This document shows, one piece after another, positions 27,901-36,416 of a stretch of DNA of 64,000 nucleotides (its first letter is position 1; each line of letters begins with the position of its first letter). The stretch covers positions 1,614 to 65,613 of the IMG/VR virus record IMGVR_UViG_2920580016_000001; one strand, 5' to 3'. The notes below the pieces were generated by a model. That model saw only the letters and a list, made by a program, of their open reading frames with translations. It was not told the DNA's origin and did no database searches. Position numbers and translations under genes: made by a program. The DNA comes from a virus.

Positions 27901-29001
27901 TCAGCGCCGGGTCCCTGCCCCGGCCGCAGCGGGGATGTACTCGAAGCTGACCAGCCCTAGCCGGCGCGGGTCGAGCGTGTCCTTGTGCTGGTTCCGCCGC
28001 TTCGAGCTGGTGTGGAGCTTGGTGGCGCGGGCCTGCCGCTGCCACCGCGGCGACCGGTCCCGGTAGGAGATCAGCGCCGGATGCGACGACACGGACCGGT
28101 AGCGGAAACCCTGATCGGCGAGATGCTGCGCCACCCACTCCGACATGCGAGCGCCGATCGACAGGCCCTGAAAGTCCGGCAGCACCACCAGCCGGTGCTC
28201 CATCTTCATGTTCCGCACGATCGGGTGCTGGAAATGCCGGTACGCAAGGAACGCCACCGGCTGGCCGTCGATGCACCCAGCGAAGCAATGCGCCGTGTTG
28301 CTGATCTCGGCGCTCAGATAGTGATGGTGGCGAAATACCGTCCAGAGCGACCGGTCAGCAGCGTGGATGTCGAGCCGGAGCGTGGGCCGGGGTTGAACCT
28401 GCCTCCACGCGAACGAGCCCGCGGCGACGTCGTATACCCAGTCGGGCTGGAGCCAGTCGAGCACGTCGTAGTGGCACGTGACGGCGACGAGCTGCCGCCC
28501 GGAGCGGCGTACGGCTTTCGCCACCGCGTGAGAGGCGACCTTGGCGACCTGGCGATCCACGACGGACGTGAACTCGTCCACCACCACGAGCCCGTCATGC
28601 TCGGCCAGGGCGCGGGCCATCGACGCGCGGAACGCCTCCCCGTTCGACAGCGTCTTATACGGCCGGAGCCACGCGGGCGGGCTCGAGAGTCCCACCGCGG
28701 TCAGCAGGCCGACGATGTCCTTGATGGACATGCCCTTGGGGAAGTCATCCACGAGCGCCCGATCCCCCCACGAGTGTGCCTCGACGAGCCGGCCCGGCCA
28801 CAACGCGCGGGCGAGGGTGGTCTTCCCGGCGCCGGACGGGCCGACGAGCAGACCGACGTTCCACTTCCGGTCCTCGATGGGTAGGTGCGCCGACCAGGAG
28901 TTGGTCAGTTTCTCTTCCAGCGGCACGTCGAACATGCCCTGGAGCTGCAACACCCTGGCGGTGCGGCGTACGGGGGTGGCGAGGGTGATGTCCGCGCGCA
29001 A
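27901..29001 (-). CDS. ABC-type ATPase fused to a GNAT (Mom-like) acetyltransferase
   Basis: Walker A GPSGAGKTT; signature LSNGE; Walker B VVVDEFTS; H-loop VTCH; then HHYL and RLVVLPDFQG.SIG acetyl-CoA motif. TTG start with GGAGG. Confidence 0.88.
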   Translation of the reverse strand: MRADITLATPVRRTARVLQLQGMFDVPLEEKLTNSWSAHLPIEDRKWNVGLLVGPSGAGKTTLARALWPGRLVEAHSWGDRALVDDFPKGMSIKDIVGLLTAVGLSSPPAWLRPYKTLSNGEAFRASMARALAEHDGLVVVDEFTSVVDRQVAKVASHAVAKAVRRSGRQLVAVTCHYDVLDWLQPDWVYDVAAGSFAWRQVQPRPTLRLDIHAADRSLWTVFRHHHYLSAEISNTAHCFAGCIDGQPVAFLAYRHFQHPIVRNMKMEHRLVVLPDFQGLSIGARMSEWVAQHLADQGFRYRSVSSHPALISYRDRSPRWQRQARATKLHTSSKRRNQHKDTLDPRRLGLVSFEYIPAAAGAGTRR

Positions 29002-29113
29002 GAGTGCCTCCTACATCGGGGTCACGATCGCGTCACTCGGTCTCCACAGGGCAGGGGTCCGGCAGCATCATCAGGGCCATGGCCGAGAAGAACTCCGAGC
29101 GGTAGCCGGGATC

Positions 29114-30292
29114 GTGAAGCCTTCGTCGATGGTCGTGGCCGTGCTGGTGCTCGTGGCGGTCCCGACGCTGGTGTGGATGCTGGGTCCGGGCGCCACGTGG
29201 GTGCTGGAGCACATCGACCACGCCACAGTGTTCAAAGAGGACAAGGATCGGGCCGCCGCACTGGCAGCGATTCGCGGCAACGTCCTGGCCGTGGCCACCG
29301 GCCTAGCCGCGCTGCTGGCAGTGTTCTACACCGCGCGCAACGCCGACACCGCCCGGCGCACCTTCCAACTCGGCGAGCGAGGCCACGACACCGACCGCTT
29401 CAGCAAGGCGGTCGAACAGCTCGGCAGCGCCCAGGCCCCCGTCCGGCTCGGCGGCCTGTACGCGCTTGAACAGCTCGCGCAGAACAACCCCAGGCTGAGG
29501 CAGACGATCGTGGACGTTATCTGCGCCTATCTGCGCATGCCGTGGACGCCCCCGCGCGAAGAGGACCGGCACGAGAAGATCCGCGCCGCCCAGCGCGCCG
29601 CACGCACTGGGACGTCGGGCCGGACCGAGGCGCGGGCTGGCCGTGACCCGGACGAAGAACGGCAGGTCAGATTCACCGCCCAACGCCTCCTCATCGACCA
29701 CCTACGCTGGCAAAAACGCCGCTGGTGGCAGCTCCCCACCGCTGCCAATGCCCTCTTCTGGCCCGGCATCCGCCTCGACCTGACCGGTGTCACCTTGGTC
29801 GACTTCGACTTCGAACGCTGCCGTGTCGATCGAGCCGTTTTCAGGGGAGCAACCTTCATCGGTGACAGCTGGTTCAACGAGGTGACCTTCACCGGCAACG
29901 CCCTATTTGAAGGGGCAACCTTCGCTGGCAACGCCCCATTCGGCGGCGCGACCTTCATCGGCGAGGCCCTATTTGAAGGGGCAACCTTCGCTGGCAACGC
30001 CCTGTTCGGCAACGTGACCTTTTTCGGCAACGCTGGATTCGGCGGGGCAACCTTTACCCGCGGCGTCTGGTTTCGCCGAACGTCCTTCATCGCCGGCGCC
30101 GCATTCGGCGGCGCGACCTTCCTCGGCAACGCCGTGTTCAAGGGCACGCGAGGCACCCGGATCGACCTAGCGGGAGCGCGAGTGATGCACCCGGATAACG
30201 GGCACGTGTGGCCGCCGGGTTGGCATGTAAGCACCGGCCCCACCGGTGCGGTGCTGAAGCCAGATAAGCGGACCGACGACGGCGGGGAGTGA
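29114..30292 (+). CDS. Membrane-anchored pentapeptide-repeat protein (moron)
   Basis: Two TMs; TDRFSKAVEQLGS...VRLGGLYALEQLA; C-terminal ATFxGxAxF repeats. Start approximate. Confidence 0.85.
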   Translation: MKPSSMVVAVLVLVAVPTLVWMLGPGATWVLEHIDHATVFKEDKDRAAALAAIRGNVLAVATGLAALLAVFYTARNADTARRTFQLGERGHDTDRFSKAVEQLGSAQAPVRLGGLYALEQLAQNNPRLRQTIVDVICAYLRMPWTPPREEDRHEKIRAAQRAARTGTSGRTEARAGRDPDEERQVRFTAQRLLIDHLRWQKRRWWQLPTAANALFWPGIRLDLTGVTLVDFDFERCRVDRAVFRGATFIGDSWFNEVTFTGNALFEGATFAGNAPFGGATFIGEALFEGATFAGNALFGNVTFFGNAGFGGATFTRGVWFRRTSFIAGAAFGGATFLGNAVFKGTRGTRIDLAGARVMHPDNGHVWPPGWHVSTGPTGAVLKPDKRTDDGGE

Positions 30293-30326
30293 GCCGCCTC
30301 GGCACAGCGGAGCGTTAACGATCGGC

Positions 30327-30950
30327 CTACATGAGAGCTCGGACGGAGTAGCCTTCCTCGGTCAGCCGCTCCAGTAGCTCGACCTGCTCCGCTTCGGACT
30401 CGCAGGTGACGACGACGCCCCACACGGTCGGCGGCTCAACCCGCTCGGCCGGCCCCGACCCCGTGACCGGGTTCGGCGGCGCTTGCTCGGGGTCGCGGGG
30501 CACCAGCTCGTCGAGGTCCGCTAGGTCGTCGCTCGTGTACCCGGCCGCGGCCAGCAGCGCTTCGTCGGCGTCGCCGATGTCGGTCAGCATGTCGGCGAGC
30601 ATGCCGTGATCCCAGCCGCCCCGCTCGGTGAGCCGGTTCGCCGCCACCAGGTACGCCTCCGCGTCCGCATCCGACCGGGAGGTCCAGCCGCGCAGGATGG
30701 GCACCAGCCACACGCCGTCGTCGCCGACCTTGACGCCTTCGGGCGGCGACTTCCCCTCTGTGGCCATCTCGTCAAGGACGTGGAGGCGCCCATGCCCGGC
30801 GACGAGGCGGCCAGTGCGCTCATCGAGCTCGCCGGCCAGGGTGCACCCGAACGCCTCGATCGACTTCCTGATGGCCGGGAGGTCGTGCTCTTTGGGGTTC
30901 CGCACGGCTCGGGAGATCTCGGGGAGGGGCATGTGTTCGATACGGCGCAT
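30327..30950 (-). CDS. ParB/Srx N-terminal domain protein
   Basis: RNPKEHD, SIEAFG, LVAGHGRL and A.NRL.E.GGWD motifs; C-terminal V.CESEAEQ..L.ERL..EGY. Confidence 0.85.
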   Translation of the reverse strand: MRRIEHMPLPEISRAVRNPKEHDLPAIRKSIEAFGCTLAGELDERTGRLVAGHGRLHVLDEMATEGKSPPEGVKVGDDGVWLVPILRGWTSRSDADAEAYLVAANRLTERGGWDHGMLADMLTDIGDADEALLAAAGYTSDDLADLDELVPRDPEQAPPNPVTGSGPAERVEPPTVWGVVVTCESEAEQVELLERLTEEGYSVRALM

Positions 30951-31205
30951 CAGGTCCTCGTTAGGGTGACGATTCGTGAGCACGAGGCAGCCAGGCCCCG
31001 TATGACGAAGAGTTTCCGGTGCCGGTGCCACCGCTGGTGACGTACGCGCCACTAGCCCGGAATTTCTACTAGCCAATCGCAGTAGCGCGATTCAACCGCT
31101 CGGGCAGGATTTCGTACCTCACTTGACAGATCCTCAACAGATCCTCAACATGCCCCAGCTTACCTTTCTGCTCGCAAGGCAATCGATGGCGGAAAGGACC
31201 ATCCC

Positions 31206-31661
31206 ATGGCTTCAGTCACCAAGCGGATCATCACATCCATCGGCATCACCGGTGCCGCATCTATGCTGATCATCGCCCCCAGCTCACCGGCGCACACGGC
31301 ATCCTCCACGGTGACCGCGCTCGCCCCCGCTGCCCAAGCATCGCACGCGCATGCGGGCAACGACACAGCGAAGGCCGCCCACAGAAAGGTCGTTTGGAAG
31401 CGCCGCAGCGGCTGCACCTGGGTGTTTGAAAGCAGCCATACTGGCGCCTTTACCAAAAAGGTACAGGGGGGATGCACAGGCCATTCATGGCTTTATGTGC
31501 AAACTACGACCGGCTGGAAGAGCGGCTGGATACACGACAGAAATCATGCCGGATTTAGTATCCATTCGTATAGCAAAGAGCAGCGCAAGCGCATGGGCCA
31601 GGTCAAGTTCACCTGGCACAAGACCAAGCGTAACGAGACCGCTCAGCTCATCAGCCACTAG
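31206..31661 (+). CDS. Secreted basic protein (moron)
   Basis: GAAAGGA RBS; signal peptide ending AHTA/ASS; two Cys; TTGACA at 31123. Confidence 0.7.
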   Translation: MASVTKRIITSIGITGAASMLIIAPSSPAHTASSTVTALAPAAQASHAHAGNDTAKAAHRKVVWKRRSGCTWVFESSHTGAFTKKVQGGCTGHSWLYVQTTTGWKSGWIHDRNHAGFSIHSYSKEQRKRMGQVKFTWHKTKRNETAQLISH

Positions 31662-31783
31662 GGCCAGACCGCGCGTGCCGCCCCGCTGCTCGCCGACTGC
31701 TTCCCCTCGTACACCATCATCCCGGAGCCGAAGCCCTGCGCGGCCGGTATTAGCAGCTGCCACGCTTCAAATGATCATGAAAT

Positions 31784-31820
31784 AGGTGAGGCGCTGAGAG
31801 CGATTCTCAGCGCCTCACCT
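31784..31820. terminator. Bidirectional terminator hairpin
   Basis: 16-bp perfect stem AGGTGAGGCGCTGAGA-gcgat-TCTCAGCGCCTCACCT between convergent units. Confidence 0.8.
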
Positions 31821-31943
31821 CGCGAGCGACACTGGCCATCAGGCCAGGCCAGTTAGGCCGCGAGCGGCCACCATAATGAGCATTCCGCGCGGGCTGGCCG
31901 TTGGCGGAACCGCCAAGCACGCGAAGATCACTCCGGTTGCTGA

Positions 31944-32234
31944 TCAGAGGTCGTCGTACCGCCCCAGCAGCGCCAGCGCGTTGGCCCACCCGATCGGCGT
32001 CAACCGGTAGAACCGGCGGCGAGCCTGCCCATCGGGCACGCCCTCCTCCCACTCCCCGGCAACCCAGCTACGATCCTCCAGATCGTCGATCAGCGACGTC
32101 ACGCGCACCGCCGTCAGCCCGGCCGCCTCGGCAAGCGGCCAGATCGCCATCCCAGGCTGGTCCTTCAGCAGCACCTCCAGCACGCTGCCGAGCGCAGCCG
32201 TGTACTGGAGCCCGTCCACCTCGCGGCGGCTCAC
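31944..32234 (-). CDS. PadR-like winged-helix protein
   Basis: GTG start; W.E......RRRFYRLT..G motif. Confidence 0.78.
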   Translation of the reverse strand: MSRREVDGLQYTAALGSVLEVLLKDQPGMAIWPLAEAAGLTAVRVTSLIDDLEDRSWVAGEWEEGVPDGQARRRFYRLTPIGWANALALLGRYDDL

Positions 32235-32479
32235 GTCCCACCTGCCCGCCGCTCCAGCTCGGCCCGGCCCGCGTCGGTGACCACCGTCGTGCGAGCCGTA
32301 CCGCGATGACCTTCCGCAGGCCCGACACTGATCAACCCCAGCGTGACCAGCGCGTCCACGTCGGCCTGATTGAGACCGTACTCGGGGATGTCCTCGTACG
32401 AGCCGTACAGGACGACACTGCCCTGCTCGGCGAGGACGCCCAGGAAGTGCAGCCGGCGCGGGGTGAGACGCGGAGTCAC
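32231..32479 (-). CDS. Small winged-helix-like protein
   Basis: LT.R...L..L ... L...GLI ... VTDAGRAEL; GTGA-coupled. Confidence 0.6.
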   Translation of the reverse strand: MTPRLTPRRLHFLGVLAEQGSVVLYGSYEDIPEYGLNQADVDALVTLGLISVGPAEGHRGTARTTVVTDAGRAELERRAGGT

Positions 32480-32681
32480 TCCCCACCACCACCCGGCAGG
32501 CCCTGCGGCACCCGGCCTCCGCGCTTGGTCAGCTCGGCCACGATCTCGTTCATGGCGTCGCCACCATGTCCGCGTCGTCACCGTAGTGGTGGTCGAGACC
32601 TTCCCAGCCGTCCGCGAGGGTGTTCTCCAGGCACAGGGCCGCGCGGAAGCACGCCTCGCGCTTCGCCGTCCGCCGATGCAT
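32476..32681 (-). pseudogene. Small gene with an apparent 1-nt frameshift
   Basis: ATG at 32681 reads MHRRTAKREACFRAALCLE...DMV and then stops; a shifted frame continues DAMNEIVAELTKRGG...GE to the stop at 32476, overlapping the next start. Confidence 0.5.
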
Positions 32682-33016
32682 CAGGCATCGCCGCCCTCGG
32701 GAAGCGGACGCCCGGCATCAATCCAAGCATTCACGAGCCGACCGATCGCTGCGGCTCGCGACGAGTATTTGCGTCGCGTCCGCAAGGGATCCATGGGAAA
32801 AGCCGGCTTGAAGCGCCATCCCTCCTGGAGCCACGGGCCTGCCCCGTAGCGGGTCATGTTCTCCTCGGCTAGACCGATCTCGACGTCATCGACGTACACC
32901 AGCCACTGGCGGCCCCCAGTGTGTTCTACGGTCTGCGCCGGCCCGAGCTCGACGGACAGGTTCTCGTCCCAGCGAGGAACCTTGCCCGGTCGGACGGGGG
33001 TGCGGTTGGTGTTCAT
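32681..33016 (-). CDS. Hypothetical protein (left small-gene array)
   Basis: ATGA-coupled; high-GC codon bias. Confidence 0.65.
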   Translation of the reverse strand: MNTNRTPVRPGKVPRWDENLSVELGPAQTVEHTGGRQWLVYVDDVEIGLAEENMTRYGAGPWLQEGWRFKPAFPMDPLRTRRKYSSRAAAIGRLVNAWIDAGRPLPEGGDA

Positions 33017-33387
33017 CGGGCCTCACCCGATTCGAGCATCTCCGTCGTCAGAGCGAGCATCCGCTCCACGTCACCCACCGACGCCGCCCGCGTGAACTCC
33101 TCCAGGCCGGCCCGCGGCAGGAACCGTGAACCCATACCCGAGGGGAAGAGTTCCTCATCGACCACGAACCCATCGTCGTCCCACCAGCCGGTGCCGTCGA
33201 TGTACGAGCTGCCGGTCTGGTCAGCTAGGTCGAGCTTGGCGGCCACAGCGCCCAGGGATTCGCCATCTGCGCGAAGCCTTATGGAGGTTGTTTCCCGATC
33301 TCCGATGAATACCGGCGAATCGACGCTCGTCCGCCACAGCACGTAGCAGTCGCGGCCAGGCGCGCTTTTGAACACGACGAGGCTCAT
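33013..33387 (-). CDS. Hypothetical protein (left array)
   Basis: ATGA-coupled. Confidence 0.65.
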   Translation of the reverse strand: MSLVVFKSAPGRDCYVLWRTSVDSPVFIGDRETTSIRLRADGESLGAVAAKLDLADQTGSSYIDGTGWWDDDGFVVDEELFPSGMGSRFLPRAGLEEFTRAASVGDVERMLALTTEMLESGEAR

Positions 33388-33779
33388 CGGCCCTCACCAC
33401 CCGCCTCGTCGTCCTCGGCCGACAGGTAGACCCGGCCGGCGGACTCCACCTGCACCCGGCCCGCCAGCATCGCCAGCAGCTTGTCCTGGTCCATGTTGAG
33501 ATCCGTGGCGGCGCGACAGAGATTGTCGGCCTGGTCCTGAGTGAGCGACACGTCGAGGGTCAGGGCGCTCTCGCTCGACGGCTCGTCGTCGGGCTCCCTG
33601 GCGGAGCACTCCGAGTAGTGCCCGTAGACCACCTCGCGCACCGAACCGATGTTGTTGGACTCCACGATCAAGTCGTAAGCGTTCCCCGTCCGGAACCCGC
33701 ACGGCTTGTGAATCAGGTGGGAGAGGTGACCCCAGTAGCCGGTGCCCGGCTCGGTCTCCCAGTCGGCAGGCAGCCTCAC
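33384..33779 (-). CDS. Hypothetical protein (left array)
   Basis: GTGA-coupled; HKPCG...H...C possible Zn site. Confidence 0.65.
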   Translation of the reverse strand: MRLPADWETEPGTGYWGHLSHLIHKPCGFRTGNAYDLIVESNNIGSVREVVYGHYSECSAREPDDEPSSESALTLDVSLTQDQADNLCRAATDLNMDQDKLLAMLAGRVQVESAGRVYLSAEDDEAGGEGR

Positions 33780-34084
33780 CGGACCTCACCGCCCGTCAGA
33801 GCGACGACCGTCACCGACTCGACCGGGGTCAGGTGCGTGACGAACTCGCCGTCCGCATCGATCGTGACGAGGTACATGCCCGATGCCTGGTCCAGGTCCT
33901 GGATCGCGTCCTCCCACAGGAGGTCGATGCTGTGGACGTTCGGGTCGGCCTGGAAGCCGACGACCTGGGTCGGGTTCCCCTTCCAGACGTCCTGGCGGCC
34001 GATCGCGCCGGACTCGTCGGCGAAGTAGGGGTAGGGCAGTGTGTGGTCGGCGGACGGTTCCTTCTGAATCTTGAAGGTCGTCAT
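33776..34084 (-). CDS. Hypothetical protein (left array)
   Basis: MTTFKIQ...LPYPYF; ATGA-coupled. Confidence 0.65.
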   Translation of the reverse strand: MTTFKIQKEPSADHTLPYPYFADESGAIGRQDVWKGNPTQVVGFQADPNVHSIDLLWEDAIQDLDQASGMYLVTIDADGEFVTHLTPVESVTVVALTGGEVR

Positions 34085-34359
34085 CGGACTTCCCACCCCC
34101 CAGCGTGCAGCTCCGTCCGAAGCTCCGCGATGACCTCGGGGGCGGCGTGCTCGACGTAGACGCCCTCGTCGCACCTGGAGATGTGGACGGTGGTGGGAGC
34201 GTAGACGAAGACGCCCCGGAGGATGTCCTCCGCTTCGCGGAGATTGACGCGCAGGATCGTCAGGCCGGCGGGCAGCGGCTTGGCGGGCAACCCGGCACGC
34301 CGCCGGGCGGCGGCCAGCGCTTCGACCTCCGCCACGGTGGTGATGATGGGGCGGCTCAT
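34081..34359 (-). CDS. Hypothetical protein (left array)
   Basis: ATGA-coupled. Confidence 0.6.
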   Translation of the reverse strand: MSRPIITTVAEVEALAAARRRAGLPAKPLPAGLTILRVNLREAEDILRGVFVYAPTTVHISRCDEGVYVEHAAPEVIAELRTELHAGGWEVR

Positions 34360-34613
34360 CGGACCTCACCCGGCCTGGCGGTGTTGTAGAGGTCGTCGAA
34401 CGACATTTTCCAGGCAGCCACGTACTCGGGGAACCCGGCGGCGAGCTTGGCCTGGTTCTCCAGGTCGGCGTGGCTGATGGCCTCCATCAGCAGTTCGAGG
34501 AAGTGGCCCGGTCCGGCCGTGCGGCGCGTGGCGGGGTACTTGGACCACAGAACGTTCTCGGCGACCTCGGGCGTGACGAGGCCGGTGTCAGGGGTGGTGT
34601 GAGCTTCGCTCAT
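34356..34613 (-). CDS. Hypothetical protein, first gene of the left array
   Basis: G.F...L..A...AD..N..KL..GFPEY motif, a common phage small-protein pattern. Confidence 0.7.
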   Translation of the reverse strand: MSEAHTTPDTGLVTPEVAENVLWSKYPATRRTAGPGHFLELLMEAISHADLENQAKLAAGFPEYVAAWKMSFDDLYNTARPGEVR

Positions 34614-34691
34614 GATCATCTCTTTCGCGAGGAGACTGATTCACTCGCGATCGTAGCCTTCGTTGGCGCTACCGCCAACGAAATGCCAAAC

Positions 34692-34787
34692 TTCAGATAC
34701 TTGTGAATATCTGAACTGCACTCCTGGTGGCAGTTCTGATATTTCGTCCCTGCCAGGTCAACAAGAGGCGTGAATGACTTCCGATAT
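34692..34787. promoter_or_regulatory. Putative tyrosine-recombinase site: inverted core plus two direct accessory repeats (TTCnGATAY)
   Basis: TTCAGATAC-ttgtga-ATATCTGAA (34692-34715), TTCTGATAT (34734) and TTCCGATAT (34779, just inside the gene). Confidence 0.65.
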
Positions 34788-35757
34788 TAGAAGCCAAGAT
34801 CACAACGAGTTGGAGCGTCCAAAACGACGACGCCCCGGAGCCGCACCCACCCCCGTACCGGAGCGGTACGCCACGGCGTTCGCCGACTACGAGCAAGCAG
34901 TCATGAACCCGCTCTTGGATATGGACGACGACACCCGCCGCGCCTACCTCTCCCGCATCCGCCAATACCTCGCCTGGCTCGAAGACGCCGACCTCAACGG
35001 CGACCCCCTCACCGACCCCGCCGTACGCGACTGGGCCGCCCGCGACTACCGCGCCCACCTCCTGACCGTCCTCAAACGCAAACCCACCACCGTCAACGCG
35101 CACCTGACCGCCATCGACGACTTCAACCGCCGCATCGGCCTCGGCCCCGCCACCGCCAAACGCATCATCCTGCCCAACCTCGCACCGCGAGCACTCGACC
35201 AACGCACCCAGACTCGATTCCTCCGCGCCATCGAACAGTCCGCCCCCCGCGACCGCGCCATGGGCTACACCGCGTTCTACGCCGGAACCCGCATCCACGA
35301 ACTCGTCGCCCTCGACATCGACGACCTGCACATCAGCGCCCGCAAAGGCGTCCTCATCATCCGCATGGGCAAGAACGAGAAGTACCGCGAGGTGCTCATG
35401 CACACCACGCTCCGCACGGAACTCGACACCTACCTTCGCCACCGCGCGAACCTGCCCGGCGCCGACAAGAGCAAAGCCCTGTTCCTCAACGTGCGTGGCG
35501 GCCGGCTGTCCGCCCGAGCCGCCACCGACGTGCTCAACGGCATCGCCGACCGGGCCGGGATCGACGTCGGCCGCGACGAGGAGTTCACCACCCACGTCCT
35601 GCGCCACACGCTTGGCACGAAGCTGGCTCGTGAAGGAGAAGACGTGGTCAAGATCGCCCAGATTCTGGGCCACAACCTCGAGACCGCCCGCCGTTACACC
35701 CTGCCCACCGAGGCCGACATGCAAGCCGCCATCGACAAGCTCACCGTGGACGAATGA
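34774..35757 (+). CDS. Tyrosine recombinase (XerC/TnpI-like resolvase type)
   Basis: AGTRIHEL (R), GKNEK (K), HVLRH, LGH, RRY: catalytic set intact. 327 aa, no arm-binding domain. Confidence 0.92.
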   Translation: MTSDIRSQDHNELERPKRRRPGAAPTPVPERYATAFADYEQAVMNPLLDMDDDTRRAYLSRIRQYLAWLEDADLNGDPLTDPAVRDWAARDYRAHLLTVLKRKPTTVNAHLTAIDDFNRRIGLGPATAKRIILPNLAPRALDQRTQTRFLRAIEQSAPRDRAMGYTAFYAGTRIHELVALDIDDLHISARKGVLIIRMGKNEKYREVLMHTTLRTELDTYLRHRANLPGADKSKALFLNVRGGRLSARAATDVLNGIADRAGIDVGRDEEFTTHVLRHTLGTKLAREGEDVVKIAQILGHNLETARRYTLPTEADMQAAIDKLTVDE

Positions 35758-36269
35758 GACAAGGAGCCCTCAGGATGACCCGCCCTCGCGCAAGACATCA
35801 GTCGGAGACAGCACCCCAGGCCACCGAGGATGGCACCGCACCAGCAAGCGTCTACAGATGCGCGGAATGCGGTGACGGCACCCGCCTGACCGCTTGGACG
35901 CATGTCGTGGCGCACGGCCCCGTCAGCCCTACAGGAGTCATCGAACGCTACGACTGGACCGACGACGATGACGACGTCATCGAGGAGTCGATCCAGTGCG
36001 AGGTCCACGGTGAGGGCTCCGTCGAGAAACTGATCGACGGCCTGTACTGCTCTGCGATGATCGACGGCCGGTACGTTTCACCCACGGTCGAACTGGCCAC
36101 CGCCCTGCTGAACGAGAGCGACGTCAAGTGGGACGTACAGCATCGGGAGCTGTACAACCTGGCGTTGAGGATCAGCGGCCGAGGCTGGAAGCCGGTGACC
36201 CCGGAGAGCATCGCGAGGTTCGAGGAGTTGGTGAAGGCCAGGGCGCGGCGGGCGGTCGCCGATGACTGA
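35754..36269 (+). CDS. Hypothetical protein with a CxxC...CxxH Zn motif
   Basis: ATGA-coupled to the recombinase (alternative start 35775); YRCAECG, IQCEVHG. Confidence 0.65.
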   Translation: MRQGALRMTRPRARHQSETAPQATEDGTAPASVYRCAECGDGTRLTAWTHVVAHGPVSPTGVIERYDWTDDDDDVIEESIQCEVHGEGSVEKLIDGLYCSAMIDGRYVSPTVELATALLNESDVKWDVQHRELYNLALRISGRGWKPVTPESIARFEELVKARARRAVADD

Positions 36270-36416
36270 GCGCAGCGCCATCCACATGCTCACCGTGGCC
36301 GAATAGTCGTTGGCGGTTCCGCCATTGAGCCCGGCGAATCTGAGCGGATGCCCGACAAGCTGTAGGTGCCGGTCGTACGGTGGCGTCCACATTCCTCGCG
36401 AAAGGGAAACGCCACC

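Noticed and set aside
27901-29001. ABC transporter
   Set aside because: No permease or binding-protein genes nearby; the ATPase is fused to a GNAT domain.
30327-30950. Plasmid-type ParABS partition system
   Set aside because: No ParA, and the protein lacks an evident HTH. Its context (GNAT, terminase) fits packaging or modification-associated ParB-N proteins.
34774-35757. The prophage integrase marking an att boundary
   Set aside because: It is short, lacks an arm-binding domain and has phage genes and the same palindrome family on both sides; no att duplication or tRNA was seen.
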